In this document: positions 33,901-47,400 of the stretch, piece by piece
How the letters are laid out: the number at the start of each line of letters is the position of its first letter
Numbering within the stretch: the stretch's first letter is position 1
Source of the DNA: Fimbriosthenelais zetlandica
Lineage: Eukaryota
Length of the DNA: 64,000 nucleotides
Direction: 5' to 3'
Assembly: GCA_977030845.1 (NCBI GenBank)
Contig: OZ365119.1
Location: forward strand, 10,850,001-10,914,000
Position numbers and translations under genes: made by a program
The notes under the pieces: model-generated
What the model saw: only the letters and a program-made list of their open reading frames with translations
Told to the model about the DNA's origin: nothing
The model's database searches: none

Positions 33901-36900
33901 GAGGGAGAAGCTTATCACTAAATGCCATTATGAAAGCACTTTGAGAGAGGCACCACCGAATCCCCCTTGTCATCCACATGAATTCCTATCTGGTTAGACA
34001 AAGGGAAATCTGGTTTGATCACTGGATTCCTCAACAAAGGAATGGTAAAAAAGAAGCCATATATTAATACAGTATTTACATGCAATAAGGCAAGTAGCTA
34101 TAAGCTTGTAGAATGTTCAGGCTTTATGTTAGGACTGCCTCAAGCAATATTCCATGCTTGTACATGGAGTCAGAATGTCTTGCACTATATCATTGGGGTG
34201 TTGGGAAGTGCCCCTTTTTCACGGATGAGCGCCCCTTCCCCTCAGCAGGGCGATTTAAGCCTGTCTGCTACTGTTGGATGGCTGATCCTTTCTCTAAATG
34301 GACGCTGGTTGTCATCGTCCGCAGGCCAATCGCTACAGACAATCACATTTACTGCGGGCCTGCCACAAAGATAGCTCCGCAGTGAGGGGCATACTTTAGT
34401 CTGATTGGCTGAGGTTGAGGATAAAGGGAAGACTGGGAATGTGAGTGAAGTAGGGAGGGTGGGATCGTGGATGTAGAAGAATATGGACATTTTAACACTT
34501 TCTCCACCGATCATTAACACAATGGCAGCGACATAATAATCCATAATTGCCTATCTTCATTGTCACCCCCAAACAAAGACCCCAGAAGGAAGCTGTAACA
34601 TTAAAACTATCAACGAGAGGAAACACTGTACTTAATTCCTTTCAAGGAGCAGCTCCAGCGACGGTAAAAAATAACTCAGCAAATAAGAGGGAAGACTTTG
34701 CCCATTCGCCCACCACCCCTCCATTCCCCCACCACCCCTCCATTCATCCGCTTGGCACTCTTCTCACGCGGTCGACACGGGAATCTCGCGAGATTACGGC
34801 CTGCTTCCCCAGCCTTCTCATATCCATGTGCTCATCCTATTTGCGCCTGCGCAGTGCACACTTCCGCCTGGCCATTCTTTTCATTAGAGCACCATTAGTG
34901 AAGCAATTTGCTAGGATCGATTCTCCAGTAGACGCCACCTCCCAATTCACCGCCCAGGCCCACGCCCTACACAGACAGCCTAATACAGTGCCATTAGACC
35001 AAGACAAGCCTATATTTTACCCATTAAAAACCTCCCAGTACCTGTGGTGACTGGTGTGAAGGATGGGGGAGGAATTGACCAGTCACCAGTGTATGTGATT
35101 GGTCTTTTATCTCTAGCTGAATGACTATAGTAGATAAGGTCTATCTCTATACCCACCCACACATCTATAGAACCTACTAAAACAGGTGTATTCTAGACAG
35201 CCTCTCATTCTAGGCTTATCACTAAGTGATGCCACTATCTGAAGCACTCAAAGTGATGCAAGACAGAGGACTCGGCCCACAGATGCTAATGTATGGTCAC
35301 CCATATGTATTGCTATCTTGTTGGACAAAAAGAAAAGTGTCTGGGTCACCAGATATCTTCACATAGTGACATGATCAATGCGAGAAATAGTCGAGATACT
35401 CTCAACATATCAACACTGTTTGAACATTCCTGTAAAGATTACCACTCTCCCCTCCCAGGAGCACATCACCTTCTCTACATCTACCATTTCATGGTTGAGT
35501 GAGCACCCTGAGGTTCCATTAAACTCCGGGAACCCCTAGAAACATAGAAACAAACATCCCCCCTCCATGTTCACCATTAAATGTGAATAGCTCAGATTCC
35601 ACACCACCAAATCAATCTGAGGCTGAGATAGGGTACGGGTTCCCACCCACTACCCTCAGATACCCCGGAGCTCCATATAATATGGATTCCACGGTCCTTG
35701 ACCGAGCTGTGACCTTGGCTGGGACTCTACTTGACCTTGGCGTTGACCTACTAATGGAGAGCAGGTTGAGGAGTGAGGGAGTAGCTCAATGTTTGAGTTA
35801 TTAGCTCAGCAGGAGCTGATGATATATTCTGTATTGTGTTTCAGAACTCCCCTGGTCTCCGTTTGTCTCTGTCGGAGCTCATCAGGTAGCTGGGGACCAG
35901 GATAGACACCAGGTCTGCACATGGGACCAGCCTAGTCATGTGATCAGTGAGCATGGTCGTACTAACGGCACCTGCCGGCACCACCTGTCACTAACACCAA
36001 GGTCAAGGTCAATTAAAGAAAGGACAGATGAGAGAGGGGATGAGTTCCCGGGTCAGCGGGAGGTCTTGGTTAATTTCTACACACATACTTCATGAAATGA
36101 ACCTTGAGAATGGAGGAGTAAAAACTAAAATCTAGAGTGTTTAGTTTCAAACTTGATGGGAAAGTTTCAATGACATGAACCATGTCTTACAAGAGACGTG
36201 TCAATCAAACTAGACAAGTCACGATGCATCTTCAAAAACAACTGAGTTTTATTAGTTATTTTCCACTGATAAAAAATCCTTTTATTCGTTTTTTTCACTG
36301 ATAAAAAAGGTTAAAAATAAAGTGTTGATATATGTTGCATCAGAGCTAATAGATGCTGGTTAGTGGAGGTTAGTGGAGAGTAGAGGTTAAAAGCATGGAA
36401 TGAGAGGAGATTATATTCCGCTCCATTAAACCTTCACATTCTATGATTAAACACGGGCGGATGTGTTACTCAGGAGGAGGGAGAGACTGACTCACAGAGA
36501 ATCAAACGATTACTGCTTAATTTACCATGTATCCCCTTCTTATTACAGCCACCAGCTCCCCTCACAGACACCACCATTATAAAGCCCGACATCCACTGTA
36601 CGATCGGCAAAGATTAAAATAAAATCGTTACGGATCATTTCTCTATTGATTTACCATTGGAAAATCGGCGCCGATCCAAAGATATTGGAATTCACCAGCC
36701 CTTTCATCGGAACAGATCTTTTCTTTGGGTCCCGATCGCCTGTGATGGCTTAAGATCGGAAAATCGGGATGAAAATCGGGCTGGTGGATGTCGGGCTTAA
36801 CTCACCATACAAACATAGTCAGCCTATGTTTTCTTATAAATCACAAGCAAATATACTCCCAAACATGTAATGCTTCAGACGCATGGATGTCTTTTTACGG

Positions 36901-39900
36901 TATCAAGGGAAGGATCTGGAAAAAGAAGGGAATGAAGTGAATTCCTCAAGGCAGACTCATGCAGAATCGGATAAAATGTTTCCGAAAAAGCCTGGAATTT
37001 GCTCGCTAAAAAGTGCTGGAGACGTGGCACAAGTGTGTGAGAAGAAAGGGAATAGAATCCTGAATGGGCATGCGCTTCCCATTCCAAGATGGCTTATTAA
37101 ATGATGGCGGCGACACCACGCGGGGACATCACGTACTGCGATGCGACATGGAGGTCAACCTCAGACGCTCTCACAGACAAACGAGATTAGAAGGAGAATC
37201 TGCGAGACTTGAAGACATGCTGGGAACACTGATGGGGAGAAGGGGCTACAGGGCCGGGCAGGAATGGTCATGTTATTATGGGGAAGATGGTGTTTCTAGC
37301 ATAGCTTGTAAGGCATGTTCTAAACACAATCTTATCATCGATTTGTTTTATTTTCCCGTCAGCGGATCAGGGACAACTCCTTGTTAGTTTCATGCCACTG
37401 AATGTGACAGGCAGTTAGTCCCAGGGGCTAGCTGTCACAATGCTGTCATATAGCTGTCACAATGCTTGTTATCTACGACTGACAGTGTCCCTAATGATCT
37501 AAATCTGACAGCCAGGTAATGATCCGTCTATAATCATGCTTCAGAACCCGAATCCAGCTTTCCCGAATGCTCAAAATCATACTATTCATTGTATGAATAA
37601 CTGCCATAATCTAAAGCATACTTGCAAACAAAATACATATTTAACTTCCATATTTTCAGAGAAATATCATGGAAAATGATTTATTTCTGTCCATTTAGAA
37701 AATGCTTAGTCATCCATCATTGACAGTCTGACAGTCATCTTGAGGCATTGAGTGAACTCTGTCACTCATTGTGACAGCAGTAAGAACATACATCATATTG
37801 GTGACAGAAGCTGTCAATGACACGGCTATAGTGTACCCTCTGTCAAGATCCTGACAATCTTACTATCAGTTATTCAAATTCAACCATCCATGCCTCCAGT
37901 CATATGACACTAAGTGGTGTCACATGGCACTTGACAGCACCAGAGACACTGTCACTGATCGCTATGGACTGATCTGGCCTCTGTCACAGATCGCTATGGA
38001 CTGATCTGGCCTCTGTCAGTATTGTGACAGTGTGTAGAGGGAGGAATGTGACACTGAGCATCTTGTAGCTGTCAGAATCACTGTTTTTGAGACTTCCCTG
38101 ACCACCCAGCTTTCTGCCCACACACTGACCATTCCCCACACCCCCTACTCGTACCAGACCCCCTCAACATGGACCCTCCACCCAGCTAATACAATCAGTG
38201 ACCGCTAGAGGTCAGGTTATACGGCTTCTGGTTGCGGGCCTGTCCAGCAGGTCTACCGTATAAACACCTCTAAACACCCTGTATCAAATAAGCACCTCAC
38301 AAACTGTAATATTCAGACGTTTAAACAGTAATATTCTGATGTTAACCAGTAATATTATCATGTTAAACAATAATATTCTGATGTTAAATAGTAATATTCA
38401 GACGTTTAAATAGTAATATTCTGATGTTAAACAGTAATATTATGACGTTTAAACAGTAATATTATCATGTTTAAGTCATCTTCTCTGGCATGAGTTCAGA
38501 GTTTCCGAGTGGTGCTACAACAGTCAAATAAGAGTCCTATAATATTATAGTAGAGAGGTACAGGAAATCAGGAAGGTGTTAAGAAAGTACCACAAGTCCC
38601 CAGACACCAATAATGGTCAGGGGTACTGAAGGGGAATGTTAGGGGCACTGAAGGGGGATGTTCTACGCCTCAGGCTATACTCGGACATTAGTGTCCTTCC
38701 TCTCCCCCTCCTCCACACCTGCTCCTGGCAGCTGCACTGACCGACTGACCATCTACAATCCCCACTTGGCCCTGGATGGCTTCTAAACGCCTGGACATGG
38801 CTTCACAGTCCTGATCAATCACCTCTAAAGGCAGGGTTCCCAGCAGTTCATGAAAACAGAATTCCCCGAGTTTTCCCTGGGTAAGCCCTTAAATTACAGG
38901 AGATATTTTAGCCATACGAAGCACTCTGAACTTCAGTGGCGAGCATGAGTTTCTCCGAAAGATTATCCTTCTATGTTAGTGTTGAAATTCCCTCAGTTTT
39001 CCAGTTTTCCCGGTCCGAAAAACTGAAACTCATTTTTCGTTTTTCCCTGATTTACAGAATCACTGTGTAAAGAAGATTGACCAATGTTGGAGTGACAGTG
39101 TACATGGTAGGTGACTGTATAGCCTCAGCAGCAGTGACTGTCACGTTCTAGCCTCTAATGTATAGTGACAGCAGCAATTAAAGGACCATTTAAACCATAA
39201 CAAGCCACCAGGTTTTTATAACCTCTAACTAAACTCTGTGTCACTCAATGGTCACATGTAAATTGAGGAAGATGAAGAGGGAACATTGTACTAATGTCTG
39301 AACTGAATCAGGCGGTCTCAGACTATAGTGAAGCGTCCCACTCCACTGACAAATACCACACTGTATTCTGGGAGATAAAAAGTTCATAGATAAAAATGTT
39401 ACAAGCAGATATCTAGAGACAGGAAACAGAGAGTGGTATAGACCCCCAGAGAGCTGGCAATTTAACGGTGAAACCATAAAGGGGTCTTTGAGATGAAACT
39501 GAGAACATAAGGTAATAGCTTCAGATCATTTGGAGTATGTACTTTCAAGGACAGGGGATTTTTCTTGCAAGACTTGGATATTTCATAATAAATTATTCAA
39601 TTTTTTATTATGAAATGAGTTTCTGGGTAACTAGTGTTACCTCGGGTGAATGTCCCATCCTTCATGGCCCTCATGAGGAAATCCGAGGGGTCATCCTTCA
39701 TGGCACTCATCATGAGTAATGTAGCTGCTGTCATGGTAACCGTGTGTCATGGCAACAGCTGGGCACGTGACAAGAAGGATTAATGAGCGACTCAGAGCTG
39801 ATCTTCACCCCCTCAACTATCTTAGTCGATAATCCAGGCTTACCTAAATAACAATAATCTCAGCTATTTCACAGTTTGTTTACAAGTACCCGATCTGTTA

Positions 39901-41358
39901 GTATGCAGTAAATCCCAGTCTACCATATCTGAATGTAATCCATCCAACATACATTTAAAAATATCTAGAATAGGAAGAGTGAGGAGAGAGGAGGAGAGTG
40001 GAGATAGTAAGATGATGTATGGAGATTTTGACAGCCATTTCTCGCCATCCTATCATAGTTATACCGCCTCCCACAGTCCACTCCCAGCAGGCCTGGAGCA
40101 GCTCATAATGCCGAGTCACGTCTGACAGATGAGCTCAGGGCAGATATAATACCAAATATATATCAAAATATATATCAAAATATATATCAAAATCATATAA
40201 TATAATAAAATATAATACCAAAAATATATGTTTCAGAACCATAGGCTAAAGTATTGTTATGAAACAAACCCCAGTTTGCCATCTTTTCTTATCATGTAAA
40301 TCATTGCAGAACACATGAATCTGGAGGTGTTGTATACAACAAAAGATACTATATTTACCCGTTATAAACACCATGTAATTCGGTAGAAACCAAACTTCTT
40401 CCCACTGGTACAAATCATTCACTACAGTGTAGATTTACTGATGTCATATTGGCTCTGTGAGCATCAGCAGAATGTAGAGCTTTTCTTAAGGCATTATTGT
40501 GCTTATTAGATGGTTTCTTGAGGTTGTAAATTTATACAAAAATTAATAAATATTGGTGAAGTAAATTGGTAGTGATGAGATGTATGGAGATATTGAGGAG
40601 ACGAGGGATTAGCGTCCAATACATGCAATCATGGCATCAATACCTGGTTAACCCAGGACTGGCAGGGGGAGCAGGAGGTGGCGATCTGCGACTACTGACC
40701 CATATATAGACGCGAATAATCAATAATCATTACACAGGCGGCGCGGATGAGAGGGGCGAGGGAGGGGTGTGAGGGAGATGGGGAGAAGGAAGGAGAGGGA
40801 CGAGTTGGAGGTAGGGGAGGGAGCTACTGCTGCCACGAACACCCCCGGGTTGGGTAGGAAATAACTATACATGGACAAGTAGAATGTGGGACACATTCAA
40901 ATGTGGGATTATTTAGATAGAGTTCAAGTAGAGGAATATGCAGGTCTTGAACCTGGAGGGTGGAAGTCCAGGTCAATGGACTGATCATGACCAAGCATGG
41001 TGGTACGTGCCTGGACTATAATAGGCTGTGAGTAGTATAAGTAAAGAGTGGTATCTGTATCATTCTACACTCTCTGGTATAAGGCATAGCGAGTGAACAC
41101 AATGTATTGTTTACGTTCAATTGACAATTTCTCAACTCTCTCAGTATGACACTATATCACATAATTCTGGGATAGGAATGGTTGGGTCTATATTGGTATC
41201 ACATATTCTGGTATAGGAATGGTTGGAATTGGCTCCAACTTCCTAAAACTTCCCAAGCATTTAACACCATATAAAGCTATCTCGCTCCTATCCCTTTCTC
41301 TCTTTCTATCCCTCCATCTCTGCCCTTTCCTCTCTCTCTCTCTCTCTCTCGGCTCTCC

Positions 41359-41400
<42 letters not shown>

Positions 41401-44400
41401 CTCCTCCTCCTCCCCTCCCTCTTTGATGGCCTCCCTGTCTCACCTCATATCACAGGGCAGTGGTAGTCTTTAATCAAGCTACCATCACTCCAGGCTATCT
41501 CCCCCCCCCCCACCCACCCCACCCCTACCCTCATACACTATTGATCCCTGCCCCCACCTCCACTCTCACCTCTACATCCTCTTGGCCCTATCTTCCACTT
41601 CAACTATTTCACCATATCCCCTGAAATAAATAAAGAACTTAAAAAAAAATATCCCCTGAGTCTCCTCCCAGTCTCTTTTATTCTCTTTTATTCTTTTTAA
41701 TTCCAGAGCTCTTCCTACTCCATTTTCTTCCCCTTTTCACCCATCTCGTCCCCTCAATCTCCTCTTCCTGAACCTCTCTTCCCATTCCCCTGTTCCTGAA
41801 CCCCTTTTCAAACACACTCCCTCTTCCTCTATCTCCCACCCCTTCTTCAATTTTTCAATTTCTTCAATTTCTCCTCCAACTCCCATCTCTTAAAATGGTT
41901 GCACCCATTCTTCCTTCCATCTTCGCATGTCCTCCTCCTCTCCCCCACGCACCCCCGGGACCTACTGTCCTCCCTCTCCTGGCCATGGGACAGTCTGGAG
42001 CCAGGCCTATCATTATCTGTGTACCATCTCCCCTCCTCCTCCCCTTATCCCTCCATCTCCCCTAGGAGGACGGAGACAAAGCTTGACCCTTCATATATTG
42101 CACATCAAAATTATATTGACCGGAACATTGCTTAAACATTCACTACCATCCTTTATGTAGGCAGGATATTTTTTGAATATCTCAAATCATATTAGCAGTT
42201 ATATGTTAAATTATACAGCTAAATTCAACCAAGAAGGGAATATGATGTTCATATGATGTCCTCATACAACAAGAGCATTTCCCAATCACAGGCCCGCATG
42301 TTACCAAACCGAATCTGGCACTTTGGGTTTCAGAATATAGGGCAAGCTAAGTGATTGAACTCTAACAAAGAAACCCTAACAAAAGTGGGTTCTAGGGAGA
42401 GATATGATGCTAGAAAGAGAAGGAGTGAGAGGGAGAGAAGGAAAGAAGAGGGGAAGCGAGAGGGTTTAGAGCTGGGATGGGTAGTTCAGCCCCCCACAAA
42501 CACTGAGTCCAATATTCAATATTGTAGACTGAGCGGCTCAGTTTAGTGAACTCAGACCCCAGCAGGCCTTTTTCATACCCTCATCCTAGGTTCATTTCGC
42601 CCCATTTCCATTTCCACCGAGGCCAATAAGAGAGCTTTGGTGGGCGCCAGTCGGGCGAGGGTTAATGGTCCGGTCTCAGCACAAATTAACCCTTCTACAA
42701 CCGCTGATGCCTGGAGGGGAACTGCTCCCAATAGAAGCTATAGTTAAAGAGTCCAACTAGCCGGGTGCTTTAGTTGTTAGTGGGGGAGGGGGTGGGGGTG
42801 GGGGACAGGGCAGGAGATGAGAAGTCAAACACGAGGCTTGGAACGCCTCAACTTAACCAGGAAGACTATAGTCTCTCTCTAAAGCCGGGAACACACTAAT
42901 CCGATTCTCCTATCCGTCCGATACCCTATTTCTAATGACATCTAATTTTGTCAGTGGTTAGCCTTACCTCGGTGTAAAGAACTGTTCAAATTGCAAGCAT
43001 TCGGTGCGAATAGAAATATAGTTTCGGATATCGGATGGCTCCGGATAGAGAAACGGATTAGTGTATTTCTGGCTTAACAAACGGGTCTATAGATACTCGT
43101 TTCTTTAACACACTGAAGAAAATCAGTGTCTTTTAAGGGTAAAATGATTTCACAAAGAATATTCACAAAATCTATCTCAGAAACCTTCCATTTTTCAAGG
43201 TGGATATTTTCATATCACTCGACAAAAATGGAAGCCGAATGTTCACATGAGAAAAGATAATCACATCTGAATACTCTCAAAAAATTGATCAAAGCATCCT
43301 GGCCTCCCAACCCTGTTAGCTTTAGAGAAGTGCATCAACTATTCGTCCACTTTTTTCTCTGTTTGCTCCTGTCAACGGATGAAGGAAAGTGATGAAAGAG
43401 GATGTCAGTGGAAATTAGGGCACCACCAGGGGTCGCCACCAGCTCATGTAAATGAGAGAACACTGGCTTCAGTCTATGGTGAAATGTAAAGTCCCCGATC
43501 ACATAATTACTCATACAAAACCAGGCTGGAATTTGAACAATGCTAGCTGAAATTCAACCAGGGGCAAAACATGTTTATTAAATGTTCAGATCGATTCTAA
43601 ATCGACTACACCGTGCCCTATTCCGCCAGGTAATATTGGGACAAACTCCTCTAGTGAGATTGGTTGGCATCTTTTAAAGTAAGTCGGCCATCTTTTAAGT
43701 AAGTCGGCCATCTTTGTGAAGGCAGAGTTGAGCGAGGCAGTAATGTTGTTACCTCCGCCACAAACTACATTGACTGCCATCCTCACAGTGAATAGTCGAC
43801 CAGGATTTGATTGGGGGGGGTCTCACGTGACACGAATAAAATGTAACGCGGGCCCTGACAACAAGACGGGGGCCTCCTGACAACAAGACGCAGGTCCCCT
43901 GACAACAAGACGCAGGTCCCCTGACAACAAGACGCGGGCCTCCTGACAACAAGACGCGGGCCTCCTGACAACAAGACGGGGGCCCCCTGACAACAAGACG
44001 TGGGCCTCCTGACAACAAGACGGGGGCCTCCTGACAACAAGACGCAGGTCCCCTGACAACAAGACGCGGGCCTCCTGACAACAAGACACGGGCCCCCTGA
44101 CAACAAGACGCGGGCCTCCTGACAACAAGACGGGGGCCTCCTGACAACAAGACGCAGGTTCCCTGACAACAAGACGCAGGTCCCCTGACACCAAGACGCG
44201 GGCCTCCTGACAACAAGACGCGGGCCTAGGACAGCTTTCTTATCGCAATACCTGATAGCTTAAAATGTGATGGAAAGAAAAAGGGTGTTAATATTACTCA
44301 GGATGTGACAAGATATCCCCGTGGGTATAGAACATGTAAAACACAGAGCAGCTCATGGGGTGCTCGGGGGTTTATTTGTTAGATAATAGAGCACAGGTTG

Positions 44401-47400
44401 GCAGGGTGAAAGATGCTCTGTCTTCTGACTTGAAAGCCTCAAATGAATCCTGAATGTCACTGTGTTTTATTCTCTTCAGTACACAAATCTTGGACAGAGA
44501 CATCATAGAATGTACCAACCTCGGAAAACCATATATTAATATTCATATTTCAATAATGGTCTGTGAGTGCACTATGGGATTTGGTGAATGGATATAGACT
44601 GCATAAAAAGGGTGTAGAGTGTACTGAAGGGAATGGGTGTGTTCGGGAGAGGTGGGGTGGGTAGTAGAGGGAAGTGGGTGTGTTTTGGAGGCTGGTGTTG
44701 ATGGGAGAGTTTACGGTAAGTGCTGGGAGCAGCTCTAACAGACTGACTGAAACTCCAACAGCTCATGAGAGCTAAAAATAGAATGGTTGATGATTATTTT
44801 AGTTCTCCTACAAAGCTGATGCAGGATGCTGCATGACTCTCCTGCTCTCTATCTCTCTCTCTCACTCTCTCTCTCTCTCTCCCTCTCTCTCTCTCTGAGG
44901 AGGAGTGTGTGAGGAGAATATTGAATATTTTATGAGGAACTTCTTCCTCTGCGGATGATCTAGGCCTGGAAATTCCTGAATATCATCAGAGCTTCAGCCA
45001 ACGATTCATTCCCACCCCACCCACCTGTCCCTCCCCAACCAAACCTGTCCCTGTTGCTTTGGTTCTACACTTGAGGGATGGGGTGGGGGACGGGGGATCC
45101 TGGGGGAGAGGGTGGGAGAACCTGGAAGGGGATTGGGTTGAAAGTGGACGGGGTGCGCTGTTAAATTCAGACAAATCTCATCTTGGGATGAATAGAGAGC
45201 GGTGGAATCTAGTTAGTGGCGAGGGCAAATGTATTGGTGGGGCAAATGTATTGGTGGGGCATTGGGTGGGTTGAGGCATTGGGTGGGTTGAGGCATTGGG
45301 TGGGTGAGGCAGTGGGTGGGTGAGGCAGTGGGTGGGTGAGGCAGTGGAAGGAGAAGTAGGGGAGGAAGGGGGGAGAGTGCTGCATCTGAACCCTGGTCTT
45401 CTCCAGGAGTTGGAGGAGTGGCTCCACCTCGTGGCCATTCATCAACCTACATGAGGCGGTGAGCAGCAGCTAGTGCTGCAAACACAATGAGTTAACGTAT
45501 TATCGCCCACAGTGACTCAGCAATAGTTGGTCAATTGTCACCAGGCCTGGCTGTGCTAGAATGCTGTGATTAATCACATTGAGGGCATGTATGGCTCATA
45601 CCGTGGCCCTCAATGACCAAAACTCTCCACACACAAACTACGGTGGCCCTCAATGACCAACAGCCAATGTACTGTGGCCCTCAATGACCAACAGCCAATC
45701 TACGGTGTCCTTGAACGCCTTTGAAATGAATTGAGCCTCAATTTAAGCACCACTCCAGTAATAGTATTGGACAAGATTGTCTCTCCTCTGCCCTTTGACA
45801 GAACCTTGATGTTGGCAGCTCACATTCAACTGTAGAGTCTTCAATCACTACAATTAGACATCTAGTGGCAACAGCCATCATCAAAGGTGGAGATGACATG
45901 ATGGACAAGCCAGCAGCAATGCCAGCAATGGCCGTCAATTCATTAAGCAACATTAAACACAAGATTTTGATGCCAGGCAGTGAGATAAGTAGAGGATAGT
46001 AATGGAGAGTCTACGTGGAAGGTGAGATAGTGAGAGTTCACTATCTCTATGGGAGTGTAGTATAGATATAGCCTATTAGTAGGGAGGTATAAGGGTGGAG
46101 AGTGGAGGTAGATGGCGGGAGCCTGGACTCCCCCTGTCATTCTACACTCACACTACACTATATCACGTCAATTAATGTCACCCTCCTATATCCTCCCCTC
46201 ATAAACCCCTCCACCTTCTCTCCTCCCTGCTCCCAAACCCTGGCAGAGGTCCAAGATAAATCTGGAAGATAGGTAGATGTTAAACTTCTTAAATTTCATA
46301 TCACTATGCCTGATTTAAAGGCTTGCAATTGCATGGAAATATCCTTAAATTACTGTAAGGGAGGACTGGTATGGACTAGGCAGCCTGCTGAACTTTAGTT
46401 ACTAAACTGACAACAGTGTGGGGGTGCGTTTGACTACCATTTATCCCTTTAAAGCCAGGAATACACTAATCCGTTTCTCTATCCAGATCCATCCGATAGC
46501 TGTCAGAAACTATATTTCTATTCACACCAAATGCTTGCAATTTCTACAGACCTTTACAGGTAATGCTAACCACTGACAACATTTCAATCTTTATATGTCA
46601 TTAGAAATACGGTATCGGATGGCGACGGATTGGAGAATCGGATTAGTGTATTCCCGGCTTAAGTCCACCTTTCTTCATCATGGTTGTAGAGTGGGAGATG
46701 GCGGGGCAGGGAAGCATGACAGTTACTGTGTTTAAGATAAGTCAACTTTAGCCTTACTCCACCATTAATCAGACGGACCAGGACAGGCTACTATAACACA
46801 AAGACAGCACACACCGCTCGTGTGTAGTCGACGAGTATCCATGGCAACACGTCCTTTGTATTTAAGCATTTATATCATTCACACCCGCCTAGCCCGGGGC
46901 TGGCGGAGAAAGTAGCCATTTATAATAGACGATTATTGTGATCGTCAATATCACCATACAATATGGCTCCTTAACGTTTACCAGTACCCCCTGGTGCGCA
47001 CTTCATAATAAATTACTTACAATATATAATGAAAGCTCAAAGGGTTCGTGTAAATGTTCTAAATATTATATAGAAAGAGAGAGGGAAGAGGAAAGGGAAG
47101 AGAGGAAAGGGAAGAGAGAAAGGGGAAGAGAGAAAGGGGAGGAGAGAAAGGGGAAACGAGAGTAGAGAGAGAGGGCAGAGAGAGAGAGAGACAGGGAAGG
47201 AGAGAGAGAGGGTAGAGGAAAGGGAAGAGAGAAAGGGGAAGAGAGAAAGGGGAAGAAAGAGAGAAAGGGGAAACGAGAGTAGAGAGAGAGGGCAGAGAGA
47301 GAGAGAGGGCAGAGAGAGAGAGAGAGGGAAGGAGAGAGAGAGAGGGTAGAGAGAGAGGGCAGAGAGAGGATGTTAGTGAGGGAGAGATGAGGAATCCACC

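Noticed and set aside
32686-33979. Many 110-160 aa ORFs on both strands
   Set aside because: They are translations of the 25-bp and 43-bp minisatellites; no splice context or domain signal
43749-44226. 22-bp repeat array as a CRISPR or a Cys-rich protein
   Set aside because: Head-to-tail units without unique spacers, in eukaryotic intron context; the ORFs are repeat artefacts
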